The notes: a model not told the origin generated them from the letters alone. A stretch of DNA of 64,000 nt from Eledone cirrhosa (GCA_964016885.1 OZ024741.1:361894001-361958000), one strand, 5' to 3'. Counted from the first letter of the stretch, positions 40,948-53,831 are shown. Numbers and translations: made by a program.

Positions 40948-41243
40948 TATTAAGACAGGGGGGAAGAAAAAATGGCTTCATTTGTGCTTTCAACAAATTT
41001 ATTTTCTTCACAAAATCCAAAAAGAATTTTTCTTAAAAAAAAGACAAGCGCACCTCAGCGTGAAAGGTCTTTCTAAAAACGAAACAATACCTCCTACGTT
41101 AACCAAGAACTCCTAAGACCTAACCAACAACCAACAACTTAATTTATAAAATAATTTTTTTTAAGAAAAATTCTTTTTGGATTTTGTGAAGAAAATAAAT
41201 TTGTTGAAAGCACAAGTGAAGCCATTTTTTCTTCCCCCCTGTC

Positions 41244-41250
<7 letters not shown>
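40948..41250. repeat. ~93-bp inverted repeat with ~115-bp spacer
   Basis: 40948-41040 is the reverse complement of 41155-41250 (same peptide appears on both strands in the ORF track). Confidence 0.85.
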
Positions 41251-41300
<50 letters not shown>

Positions 41301-41785
41301 GGGTGATATGGCGCATGTCTTTCTGGCATGACACCCATAATTTTGATTTAGATTAAATTCATTTGATTTATCTTAATTTTGGATATAGATATATAAATGC
41401 AGCTCCTTAATTGTAGAGCTAACTCTGTTGAAAGGACTCGACTGCTGTTTCTAGTTGTCGATAACCCTATTCACGCCACTGGGATGAAGCTAGTATGATG
41501 TGTGTATTTCTAGTAGATACAGCACGTGTTGCTGACCAGTCGCTGATTTGAACTTGAAGTGTAAACATAGATCGCTGGACTTCTTCCTTGTTGAAAATCC
41601 AAGTATCCACTTCCGTGGTTTTAATGGAATATATACAGGGAAGATTAATCATATTATAAGGTATCTATTTTTGAAGTTCTGGTCAACTTTATTTAGTTAC
41701 CTACCTAGCTATGTGTGCTTACACACTTGTAAAAATTATCTCCTGTGATTATTCATGTTTATTTATATGTTAATCAATTTCTAGT

Positions 41786-41834
<49 letters not shown>

Positions 41835-41994
41835 GATAAATATACACGGGTGTGTATGATTGTGTATAGAAGATTATATTACTAAAAGGAATTCCAACTT
41901 TGTCTGATTTACTCGGTTTATTTACAATCCTTTAAAATTTATAATGGTATTAGAATGAAATAGTATGGTAGAATATTAAATGTTAAGTGTTAAT

Positions 41995-42033
41995 TGAACA
42001 AGTACTTTCATGCTTTCGCAATCTTCAGGTTCA
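41995..42033 (-). ncRNA. Minimal type I hammerhead ribozyme in a pLTR fragment (41845-42040)
   Basis: tgaac-CTGAAGA-t tgc gaaa gca t-GAAA-gtac-TT-gttca; identical to 62773-62811. Confidence 0.8.
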
Positions 42034-42045
42034 TATTGTGTGCAG

Positions 42046-43950
42046 CCCTTGTCTACCCACCCGGGTCGTTATGGGGTTTGAGGGCGAGGTAAGTCCTACA
42101 CAATCTGTGTTTGCATGCGGTAACCAGTTCGTCTTTCTTGTTTAGGAGTTGGTCCTTCGAAAACAGCATTTGTAATATTTCCTCCGAGCATAAGTTACAC
42201 GGACGGCGTCCGCCTATATAAGAGTTAGCTCTGGACAGTAAGCTCCAAGTGAGATTGTAGGTTATATTATTATCTTGGAGGTCCCAGATGTCACCTAAAA
42301 GTGTAGTGGCATGTCGCTGGACCGTGTTTCGGAAAGTATGTCGGTGTTGGTAGAGCTGGGTCTTGAAGTCACATGCAGTTAATCCTATATAAGCTTTATT
42401 GGAGGTGTCCGTCCTCACATTGCACTGGTAGATCACGTTACGTTCTCGGCATTTGTTGTTGAGGGGGCACGTAGATCTATCAGGGCATTTACACCACATG
42501 GTCGGCTTCACTGATATCTAGGTTGTTTCTTCCATAGGGGTTGAGTTTTTGGTTGTTTGAGGAGACGATGTTTTGTGCAAAGTTAGGTGTGGTGCTGTAG
42601 GAGAGTTTGATGGTGTTTTTGTTGATTATGTTGTGGTAGCGGTGTTGTAGTGGGAAGTGTTTTTCGAGGAGCCCAAAGAAGATTTTCCCGATAGGTGTTG
42701 CCACCTCAGCATTATTGGGAGGATTGAACCACGTTACGTTGCATGAGCGGTCGTGTCGCCTGCTGGTTCTGCTAAGGGAAGCTGGATAAAAGGATATTTC
42801 CTCCCGGAAACCACTCCGCTTGAGGGCTTGGTTGTAATGAGGCGCATGTTCGTCGAATATCTGCTCATTAGCGGACAAACGAGATATGCGGAGTGAGATG
42901 TTTTTAATCAGGTTATTGGTGATGTTTCTAGGATGGTTAGAGCGGCAGTGGATGTAGTGCAGGTTGTCGTTTGGTTTCCTGTATGGGTAGTACAGATAAT
43001 TTTCGAGGTTGAGGGTAACGTCCAGGAAATTGACTCGGGTTAGGGACGTTTGTAGGGTGATTTTAAATCCCCAGTCCCGGAAGAAGTTGATTAGTTGTTT
43101 ACGGACTCGGTCTGTACTACTGGGGTTGTACCCTTTGAGGGTGAGGAGCCCATCATCCCAGTACAATCCACCGCCGAATGCAGGAAACATTTTGGTGAGT
43201 TTAAATAGTAGGAATAATCCTATAAGATCTGTGACCTCGGCCGAATCTGTCGCGCCCATACTGACGTTGAAGGGGGGAGTCGGGAGCTCTCTTTATACAC
43301 TTGGAGTTGTGGAAAAGTAGGACTGTCTTCCTGGCGTGGAGAATATTTCTTTCCTGGTCAGTGATGGGTGCGAGTGTTTCGGCAAAGTCCAAGGCGCCAT
43401 AAGGAGCGGTAAGGTAATAGATGCATAGTAACTCTCTATGTCAAACTAAATGAATTTTGTGTCTCGTTTGTCCTCCATATTCCTGAACCATGAGATTACT
43501 TTCTGGGTGCTGACCCATAGGCTAAGTCTCACGTTTTGCTTAACTTTTGGTATAACGCGGTCTAGGATCTTTTTACTGATTCTCCCTATGTCCGACTTTG
43601 TTGGGTTTATAAGCCTAATGGATGGTTTGCGGTCGAAGTCTGATTTGTGGTCTTTCAGTGTGAAGTAGGGAGTCCGTGGGTCTAGGGGTTCAGTGCGGTC
43701 GGCGACCCCAAGGCTGGAGGTAATTTGTTGTCCATATCGATTTATGTCCTCGATAATTGAATGGTTAGCCTTTTTATAGGTGGAGTTTAGGCTGCTCCTG
43801 ATCAGTGTGTGGTATCTGTCAGGGTTGACGAAGTAGAGGTTTCCAGTTTTGTCCGAGTGCACCATGATGTCGTTGGTGTTTTCATACTCTGTTATTTTGC
43901 TAGGGATTTGTTGTAGGAATCTGTTGTGTTTGGGTTTGAATTTAATGCTC
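42046..43950 (-). mobile_element. Penelope-like element: RT + GIY-YIG, 5'-truncated and decayed
   Basis: SDKTGNLY, LKDHK, GLYWDDGL, VNFLDVTL, SNHP, WFNPP, CPLNNKC, NVIYQC, YIGLT, CNLC. Confidence 0.93.
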
Positions 43951-43954
43951 TTGA

Positions 43955-45827
43955 CCTACAAACGTCCCTAACCCGAGTCAATTTCCTGGACGTAACTCTC
44001 AACCTCGAAAATTATCTGTACTACCCATACAGGAAACCAAACGACAACCTGCACTACATCCACCGCCGCTCTAACCATCCTAGAAACATCACCAATAACC
44101 TGGTTAAAAACAACTCTCTCCGCATATCTCGTTTGTCCGCTAATGAGCAGATATTCGACGAACATGCGGCTCATTACAACCAGGCCCTCAAGCGGAGTGG
44201 CTTCCGGGAGGAAATATTTTTTTATCCAGCTTCCCTTAGAGGATCCAGCAGGCAACACGTCCGCTCATGCAACGTAACGTGGTTCAATCGTCCCCATAAT
44301 GCCGAGGTGGCAACACCTATCGCGAAAATCTTCTTTAGGCTCTTCGAAAAACACTTCCCACTACAACACCGCTACCACAACATAATCAACAAAAACACCA
44401 TCAAACTCTCCTACAGCACCACACCTAACTTTGCACAAAACATCGTCTCCTCAAACAACAAAAAACTCAACCCCTATGGAAGAAACAACCTAGACATCAG
44501 TGGAGCAGACAACGTGGTGTAACCGCCCTGATAGATCGATGTGCCCCCTCAACAACAAATGTCGAGAACGTAACGTGATCTACCAGTGCAACGTGAGGAC
44601 GGACACCTCCAACAAAGCTTATATAGGATTAACCGAGTGTGACTTCAAGACCCAGCTCTACCAACACCGACATACTTTCCGAAACCCGGTCCGGCGACAT
44701 GCCACTACACCTTTGGGCCACATCTGGGACCTCCAAGATAATAATATAACATACAATCTCACTTGGAGCGTACTGTCCAGAGCTAACTCTTACACGGGAG
44801 GACGCCGTCCGTGTAACTTATGCTCGGAGGAAACATTACAAATGTTGTTTTCGAAGGACCAACTCCTAAACAAGAAAGACGAACTGGTAACCGCATGCAA
44901 ATACAGATTGCATAGGACTTACCTTGCCCTCAAACCCCATAACGACCCGGGTGGGTAGACAAGGGCTGATACCCCCCTACTTGCCGAATAAGTTAGGGGA
45001 AACCCCAGTTTACATAGGTAGATGTATCTCTTTTCTTTTCCTCTATGTCTTCTTCCCCCGTCTCATCCTATCACTTCCTTCCACCCCCTATTTTCTTCCT
45101 CGTCTGCTTTTCCCCTTTCGCCTACCCCGATGCAGCTCATCGGGCCTTGTAGCTTCAGTTCCCCCACCCCTGTAATTTTAAGATAGAATTGGCCGAATAA
45201 GTTTTACTAACTACGTATAGCAGATGTGTTAGACCCATTTATTTTTGTATCATTTTTGTTACTACTCCATTTCTATAATTATTTTCTATTCTCAACTTAT
45301 TAACCTGTAATTGTAAGATAGCATTGTGATTTTTTTTATTCATTTCTCACTATCTAATTTTATATATTTTTTTATTTATTTCTATTATCTTTTATTTTCT
45401 CCTACTCTCATTCGAATTACCTATTCCATAACCTCCCTCCTCTACTTCATACACTATCCTAGAATCTACTGTATACATATCACTTTCAACGCTTGACCGG
45501 CTCCACTCACTCCCCTATTATTCTACAGGCAAGTTCAGCCACCCCTACCTCCCACCAAATGCCATGATAGACTTATTTGTGTTTACAACAAATTTTAACC
45601 AATCCTCTTGACAACTACAATCTTCCCATATAAGGAAGTACCCCCTTGACAAGTTCGGCTATTTATTCACCAGGCTGAAAATTCTAATTTAGTCCAGAAA
45701 TAGCTGTCGAAACGGCTTGAGCTCTGCCGTCGGGGTCATACTTTTTCCTATTTCCCACTCTACTACCCTAAGTATTGAGTACTCTGGTGCGTTATGGTCC
45801 ATCTGGTTCCTTACCACAATTCCTTTG

Positions 45828-45828
<1 letters not shown>
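43955..45828 (+). mobile_element. Penelope-like element, same family: RT thumb + GIY-YIG + 3' UTR/pLTR
   Basis: ORFs 43926..44522 and 44500..44958 mirror the minus-strand copy; ends after an HHR at (TA)n. Confidence 0.93.
45641..45735 (+). ncRNA. Type I hammerhead ribozyme, U3-A8 core variant
   Basis: cccc-TTGACAA-gttcggctattt...aaatagctgtc-GAAA-cggc ttgagctct gccg-TC-gggg. Confidence 0.75.
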
Positions 45829-45869
<41 letters not shown>

Positions 45870-46289
45870 ACACACACACACACACACACATATATATATG
45901 TAGTTATATATGTGTATATATATATATATATAAATATATATGTGTGTATATATATATTTATGTATATATGTATGGAGAGATGTGCATGTGTATATATATA
46001 TTTATACGTTATTACTGAGTACCTGTGTGAATGTGTGTGCGCATAAGTGAGCAAAAGATCATACGTTTTTATATGTGTGTATTTTTATTTCCATGTAGAC
46101 GCACATATACTTCTGTGTGAATGTATATGTTTACGCACTATTACATATATGCGTGAGTTTGAGTATGAGTATGTTTATGTTTTGGATATTTATTTATATA
46201 TTTTTTCCCCTCAATTTTTTACCTGTTATTTTATTTCAGCCTCACTTTCATTTATCCTATACTCTGTCTTCAAATCCATATTAAATAAA

Positions 46290-46365
46290 TATTTCATATT
46301 ATTTTTCTGACGACTGAAGACAGATATAAATATCTCTCTTCAAGAAACCACTGGTAAATGAAATA
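46290..46365 (+). ncRNA. Type I hammerhead ribozyme motif
   Basis: CTGACGA-ctgaaga...tcttcaa-GAAA-ccactgg-TA; interrupted stem I tatttca/tgaaata. Confidence 0.65.
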
Positions 46366-46684
46366 ATTATCTTATGTTGTTTATTACATAAATAAAATGT
46401 TCTGTAGCCTACATAGAGCACTCTCTTTTCTTTTACCATTCCTACAGAAATACTTCATATATATATGTATACAACCCTTATTGAGTCCTCTCTGAATTTT
46501 TTACAACAGAAATGACTAAAGACTGTGAAGGCTGGTGCTAAGCAGAGCTGAAGAAGACCCAACCTGCAACATACATTGTGACCTGACCTCCCCTCCCTCT
46601 TCCACTAGCACTCCCTAACAGTTATTCTCAACATCACTACTTCAGCCCCCACCCATACACATTTGCCAAACAAACACAAAGGCC

Positions 46685-47305
46685 CAGGAGGACCCTTCAG
46701 TTGTGTCATGGACATGACAGCCTTCCTAGTGTTGGTGATCTACATGATAAACACACCCAGTACACACTGTAAAGTGGTTGCTGATAGGAAGGGCATCCAA
46801 CCATAGAAAGCTTGCCAGACAAAGGACCCCCTTCAGTTGTGTCATGGACATGACAGCCTCCCTAGTTTTTGGTGATCACCCAATACATGCTGTAAAGTGA
46901 TTGGTGACAGGAAGGGTATCCATCAGTAGAAAGCTCGTCAGACAAAGGGGCGGGAAGACCCCTTCAGTTGTGTCAAGGACAAGACAACTTTCCTAGTGTT
47001 GGTGATTTACATGATAAATGCACCCAGTAGATGCTGTAAAGTGGTTGGTGATAGAAAGGGCATCCAGCTATAGAAATATTTTGAAACAAAGGTTTGGGAG
47101 GACCCTCAGTTGTGTCAAAGACATGACAACCTCTCCTGAGCACTCGATGGAATGTGAGACTGTACATAAGCAAGACACTGATCCCTGGCTTGAATGGGAG
47201 ATCAGTGGCTCTGTTTCAGTACTGACTTGATCTGTATGGACTCATCCAACCCTTGCTAGTAGGGAAAGTGGATTTTAAAGCGATGATGATAATGATGATG
47301 ATGAT
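46685..47305 (+). repeat. ~130-bp unit repeated 3-4 times, from an RTE 3' UTR-like/SINE family, with (GAT)n tail
   Basis: Repeated ccttcagttgtgtca...ctgtaaagtggttgg..ggaagggcatcca. Confidence 0.75.
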
Positions 47306-48035
47306 GGCAGCAGTGTGTGTGTGTGTGTGTATTTATATATAACAAGTAAAACACCTGAAAAAAAAAACATTACCAGGGAACAATACTTTACAATAATAGT
47401 ATAGTAATTTAATACTTAAAAGAAGTTATAAAAGAATCTTGGTGTTTTAGATGCTAGTACTTTATTGGAAAGGGAAGCACAGAAAGAAGAGATGTTTTGA
47501 AGAGGAAAAAACATATTCATGTTGTCACATGTCAACCACATAGAATGTATGTTAGCTCACCTGATTGCTCAGATAGACTAAATCAATAATTATTAAGTTT
47601 ATCATATAAGTCAAGATATCAGATGTTTGTACCAGAAAACTATAACTATAGTGCTTGTTTACAGAGCTGCATTGATTTTCTGGTTTATTGAGTCAAATAA
47701 TTGTATGATAGTGATATATGATCACACATTTCTATCTCTCAAGTTATCAATAAGAACATGGATTAGTTTTCCTGAAGAAACACAAAGAGTTATATAACTA
47801 ACTTGAAAGCATTCATGGAATAAGTACTAAAACATATATACCAGCAACAAGACTTCCAGTTGACACTTATTTTGTTACTGTGGTGATTGTTCACAAACAT
47901 GAACAACACATTTGATTGATGCTTGATTATTGTTCAACCATCTGTGGCCTGTTTTCTGAATTGCAAGCTTTACATTCTGATATTGTTAGTGAAATTATTT
48001 ACCTCTAACAATATATTATTATATAGGCTTGAGGA

Positions 48036-48228
48036 AGGGCGGTGGATTGGCAGTATTGGTAGAGGATCGGACGCCATATTTGACGTATAGAGTTACGACC
48101 CTTGCCATTCTGAGTTCAAATTCCGCCGAGGTTAACTTTGCCTTTCATCCTTACGGGGTCGATAAAATAAAGTACCAGTAATGCACTGGGTAATTGCTGG
48201 CCTTGTGCCAAACGTAGAAACAATTATA
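48036..48228 (+). mobile_element. tRNA-derived Meta-domain-like SINE
   Basis: A box tggcagtattgg, B box gagttcaaattc, core gcctttcatccttacggggtcgataaa. Confidence 0.85.
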
Positions 48229-48888
48229 TAGGCTTGAGCTAAAGAGGTGTTTCTGATATAATCTTTTCACACTGACATAAAAACAAGAATGATCACCAGA
48301 CTATAAACAAATAAGGTTTACAATGTATAAATGTGTAAAAAATAAAAAAAATTTGAAAACATTATTGTATTTTACATTCATGATATAACCTATTAGTTTC
48401 ACCAATTGACCTTAATATAAAATAATGATGGGAGGTTTTTAAATAAATATTAACATTTTAATGTATGCAACTTTGTATTATAGAACCAGTGGCAGTTTCA
48501 GGCGGTTTTGCAGCAAAAAAGTTAAATATCTTTTTGACACCTCAATTTGCATTGAAAATTACACAAGTAAAAACATTAGTGAATGGAAGGTGGAACATTT
48601 TAGCTTTCCAATAGATTAGAAAGAAGACATTGATGAGGTCATAACCATATGAATGGCTTGAGTGAAAAATGAAAGAAAGGGGGCTGTTTATGAAATTGGA
48701 GAAAGTTTCTGTGAGAGGGAAAGAGTAAAGCAATATAAATATGAAAAGAAACAAATCTTCCACAGGACTTTATTCAATAACTTTCATAAGGCCAAGTTAA
48801 TCCTTTAGCATTTACATTACTCTGTATATACTATTATATTTTCACGGTAAACACTTTATATATATATTATATTATATATATATATATT

Positions 48889-51800
48889 TCCACTGCTGCT
48901 GCTGCTACTACCTGCCTAACTAACTCTCTCCTCCTCTGGCGCATCCCAACACACCCTGCCATTACCCCACCACCACTGTCCTTCTAGCCCTCAATTTTCC
49001 CACCGTTATGGATGGATGAGCTGGGAATACACGAGCAACTCTGAATCAATAGATGAAATATGAATCTGCGAGCTACCAAGCACCCACGTGAAGCGCCAAC
49101 CCAGAGACCCTCCCCTACGAGTGTCGACAAATGCCCAAAACTCCGAGTTGGTACCATCAATGTAGGCTCAATGAAAGGAAGAGCAGGAGAAATCGTAGAA
49201 ATGCTAGAGCGAAAGGAAGTTGATGTATGCTGTGTGCAAGAGACTAGATAGAGAGGAGGGTCTGCTAGAGTCCTTGTAGGAAAAAGCCAGTGCTACAAAT
49301 TTTTCTGGGTGGGAAATGACGATGGGATGGGTGGTGTAGGTATACTATTAGCTGACAAGTGGGTAGATAAAGTAATCTCAGTGTACAGGGTAAATGCAAG
49401 AATCATTAAACTCAGACTAGTCCTGAATAAGACAATTACCACAATAATATCAGCTTACGCACCCCAATCGGGGCTGCCAGACGAACTTAAGGATAGGTTT
49501 TACGAGTCCCTAATACACACTACTGCTCTAACAGACGACAAGGACTTCCTAATCATTGCAGGAGATTTTAACGGACACGTAGGTAAACACTGCGACGGCT
49601 TCAATAGAGTACATGGAGGCCATGGAGTTGGCACAAGGAATGAGGAAGGATTCAGACTTCTAGAATTCTGCGACGCCAATGACATGTCGATATGTAACAC
49701 AAACTTTAAAAAACCCGACAACCACCTGATCACCTATAGATCAGGGGAGCACTCTAGTCAGTTAGATTTTATCCTCATCAGAGGACGTGACAGATGGACG
49801 GTCGTAAACACAAAAGCCTTCCCTAGTGAGGAATGTACATCCCAACATAGCTTAGTTGTCAGCGACCTCACGGTCAGAACTAGACGAGCCCTGAAACAGA
49901 GGCCAACCTGGAGAAGAAAGATCTGGAAGCTGAAAGTCCCCTCAACCAGTAACAGATTTAAAGATATTTTACTCAACGCCTACGACAGTAAAGAAGAACA
50001 GATAGAGACATTTAACGTAGAAGAGAACTGGGAGTTCCTAAAAAATAACTTACTAGAGGCGACGGATGAGGTTTGTGGCTGGAGTAAGACCTCAAGCAGG
50101 AGGAGAGTGACTTGGTGGTGGAACAATAAGGTAGATGAAGCAGTCAAGGCCAAGAGACAGGCATGGAAAGAATGGAAGAACGGGGGGAGCAGGGTACATT
50201 ACATAGAGACCAAGAGGGAAGCTAGGCGACAAGTATACTTAGCTAGGAGGGAAGCAGAGGATAGAAAATTCAAGCATGTTTTACAACGTGAGGACCAGAA
50301 ACAGGAGGTATTCAAGATTGCGAGGCAGTGTGTCAGAGATAGTTGTGATGTCATTGGAGAGAAGTGTATCCGGAATGATAAAGGTGAGCTTGCCCTCACA
50401 AGTGCTGAGAAGAAAGATGCATGGAAGAGTCATTATGATAGATTACTAAATGAGGAGAATGCATGGGAAGAAGAGACCCTACCCCACGTAGACCCTATAG
50501 AGGGACCAGCAGTACAAGTCAGCGGCAGCGTAGTAAGTAAGGCAATCAGAGATATGAAGATAGGGAAGGCAACCGGTCCATCGGGTATAGCTGCCGAGAT
50601 GCTGAAGGCATCTGGGTCTGTAGGTCACACTATAACCACACGTATCGTTAACCAGGTAATACTAGAGGGGGCCATACCAAAAGATTGGTGCAGTAGCATC
50701 ATTGTCAACTGCTACAAAGGTAAAGGCGATGCACTAGATAGAGGAAACTATAGAGGTATAAAGTTGATGGACCAGGTCATGAAAGTAACAGAAAGAGTTA
50801 TAGCACAGCTGATTAGGGACCGGGTGAATATAGACGAGATGCAATTTGGGTTTGTACCAGGGAAAGGCACCACTGATGCGCTCTTCCTTGTGAGGCAATT
50901 ACAGGAAAAGTACCTAGCTAAAAGTAAGCCACTCTACTTGGCATTTGTCGACCTTGAGAAAGCCTTTGACAGAGTTCCACGTGCAGTAATCTGGTGGGCT
51001 CTTAGAAAACTAGGAGTAGATGAATGGCTTGTGAAAGCGGTACAAGCCATGTATAGGGGAGCAGTCAGCAAAGTTAGGATTGGCAATGAGTATAGCAAGG
51101 AATTTAGCGTACAGGTTGGGGTCCACCAGGGCTCTGTTCTTAGCCCTCTCCTGTTCATCATAGTCCTGCAGGCAATAACGGAGGAATTTAAGACCGGATG
51201 CCCATGGGAACTCCTGTATGCTGATGACCTCGCACTCATAGCTGAATCTATGGTAGAACTAGAGAATAAATTCCAAACCTGGAAGCAGGGACTAGAGAGA
51301 AAGGGCCTCAAAGTCAACATGACAAAGACTAAGGTCCTTATAAGTAGACGAGAAAACAGAACCCAGATCCCCTCAGGGAAATGGCCTTGCTCAGTATGTA
51401 GGAAAGGTGTAGGTAGGAACTCCATTCTTTGCCCCAAATGCAAACAATGGGTACACAAGAGATGTAGCGGGATCTCAGGAAGCTTAATTAAGAATGTAGG
51501 ATTCACATGCAGCAGCTGTGCTGAAACAGCAAGCAAACAGCCACAGGAAACAAGTACCACCAATCTCTGGGAGGGCCCTGTAGAAACAGTAGACAGCTTC
51601 TGCTACCTAGGTGACCGAATTAGCAACGGAGGTGGGTGCTCAGAAAGTACAATAACTAGGGTAAGAACGGGATGGAAGAAGTTTAGGGAACTACTACCAC
51701 TGCTAGCTGCAAAAGGCTTCTCCCTCAGAATGAAAGGCAGACTGTATGACGCGTGTATCCGAACAGTGATGTTGCATGGTAGTGAGACCTGGGCGCTGAA

Positions 51801-52475
51801 GGTGGAAGACTTACGTAGATTAGAGAGAAACGAAGCCTGCATGCTCCGATGGATGTGTAACAGTAATATACGTGAACGACAAAGCATAAATGAATTGAGA
51901 GAGAGACTGAGCATAAGAGGAATCAAATGCTGCGTGCAGGAGAGGCGGTTACGCTGGTATGGACATGTGATGCGTATGAAGGATGACAGCTGCATAAAAA
52001 GGTGCAGAGCACTAGAAGTTGATGGAAACCGCGGAGTGGGGAGACCCAAGATGACTTGGGATGAGGTGATAAAAGCCGACCTTACCCAACTACACCTCTC
52101 AAAGTCAATGACACACGACCGTGACTTCTGGCGTCACGCAGTAATACAGGGTACCCGACCTCCCATGGGTACATGCTGAAGCATATAAACAATATGCCCC
52201 CCCCCCCCACCGCAAGGTGGTCGTGGAGGTGCCACGGCAAAAAAGCACCCAGCCCACACTGTAAAGTGGACGTGTAGGCGCCACGAAAAAGCACCCAGCA
52301 CTCACTGTAAATGAGGTTGGTGTTAGGAAGGGCATCCAGCTGTAGAAATCAAGCCAGATCAGTTCCTGTATGAGCAAGGCATGGTCAGCCGACCAGACAC
52401 TGCCCACAACAGGACAACCCGTCTAACCCATGCTAGCGTGGAAGAACGGACGTAAAACGGTGATGATGATGATGA

Positions 52476-52478
<3 letters not shown>
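48889..52478 (+). mobile_element. Near-intact full-length RTE-clade LINE (family A)
   Basis: Single reading frame 49060-52179, 3' UTR, (GAT)n tail; embedded in (TA)n. Confidence 0.97.
49060..52179 (+). CDS. LINE ORF: APE endonuclease + reverse transcriptase + Cys/His finger; one premature TAG at 49249-49251
   Basis: ORFs 49060..49251 and 49309..52179 are in the same frame; QETR*RGG where family B reads QEVRWKG; GDFNGH, FVDLEKAFDRV, YADD. Confidence 0.93.
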
Positions 52479-52518
<40 letters not shown>

Positions 52519-52815
52519 GCTAGCTAGCTAGCTAGATAGATAGATTTTAGATAAATGTCAATTTGACAAAGAATTCTATGTCAACATATAATGGATACCT
52601 TCTTAAAGATTAGTTTCTCGATAAAATATATTTTGAAGGTTTAATATTAACCCTTCAGCATTTAAACTAGCCAGATATGGCTAGAATTCTCTCACCTCTT
52701 TCTGTTCAAACTGGCTATAACCAGCCCCATATACTGATGTTAAGGTATTGTTCTCAAAATAAATAATATCAAAATCTCGTAGATTCAATATTATGTGAGA
52801 TAATTATGTAAATAT

Positions 52816-53831
52816 ACTAGCAGCAGTACCCAGCGTTGTCTGGGTAGGTAAAATAATATCTGCTTTGATGAAAAGGTGTTGATCTTAGCGACTGCTTCTC
52901 GATGACTCATCTATGGCCACACACAGGCCATGCGGGGGAGGGTGGTGATGACCTCTATCACTGAGAAACGCGGGTGACTGACGAAGGGGCATGCTGGGGG
53001 AGGGAGGTAATGACCTCTAACACTAAGCCAAATTTCCTCATGCTACTTGATTGGAAACCGATGAATTCTCAAATACACAACTAAAAGCTCAGACGACATC
53101 AGTGGCCATCGTTTTGCCTTTGACCATCTATAAGATGTGCAATGATAGGTTCTATCGTAGTATAAAAGTTGAACCAAATAAATTGATTTATGTGTGAGGT
53201 GGAGCCGAAGTTTCGAATTTGAACGAAATCGGTTGAAAAATGTGGGAGCTAGAGCCGAAAAGGTGGAAATTTGACCGAAAAGGTGGTATTTTCGAATATT
53301 TAAGCGGCTGCTACGCCGTTCCTGAACAAAAAATCCAAAATGTAAAGCCACTTTAAGACGTGAAATAATCAGATCTAGCGTAGTGTAACATTTGAACAAA
53401 GTAGGTTGATTAATGTGGGAGCTAGAGCCGAAAAAGTGGAAATTTGAGTCTAAAAGTGGTATTTTTAAATATTTAAGCGGCTGCCACGCCGTCCATGAAC
53501 AACAAATGCAAAATATAAAGCCATTACAGGATGTGCAATGATAAATTCTATTTCGCTTTAAAATTTGAACGAAATCAGTGGCAAAATGTGGGAGCTAGAG
53601 CCAAAAATCTTTTATTTTGGTACCTAAAAAAAGGTGACCCCCCCCCCTATCGATTTTTATCTGCAGAATGACCCTGGAATGAAAAAAACGATACGCTGAT
53701 ATATAGAAAACACTCCCCGATGACTAATCTATGAGCCTGTAAAGTTTCATGAAAATCGGTCGTAAGATGTAGGCCCCTATAGGTAATACACAGACAGACA
53801 CACACTTACTTAATTTTATATATATACAGAT
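52816..53831 (+). mobile_element. Helentron-associated (HINE/DINE-like) non-autonomous element
   Basis: Starts ACTAGCAGCAGTACCCAGCGTTGTCTGGGT (hairpin); internal tandem gaacgaaatcgg..gtgggagctagagccg repeats; ends acagacagaca..ttttatatata. Confidence 0.65.

Noticed and set aside
42053-44958. Selenocysteine-encoding (Naiad-type) Penelope
   Set aside because: No in-frame TGA at the conserved Cys positions that I could read, and no evident SECIS
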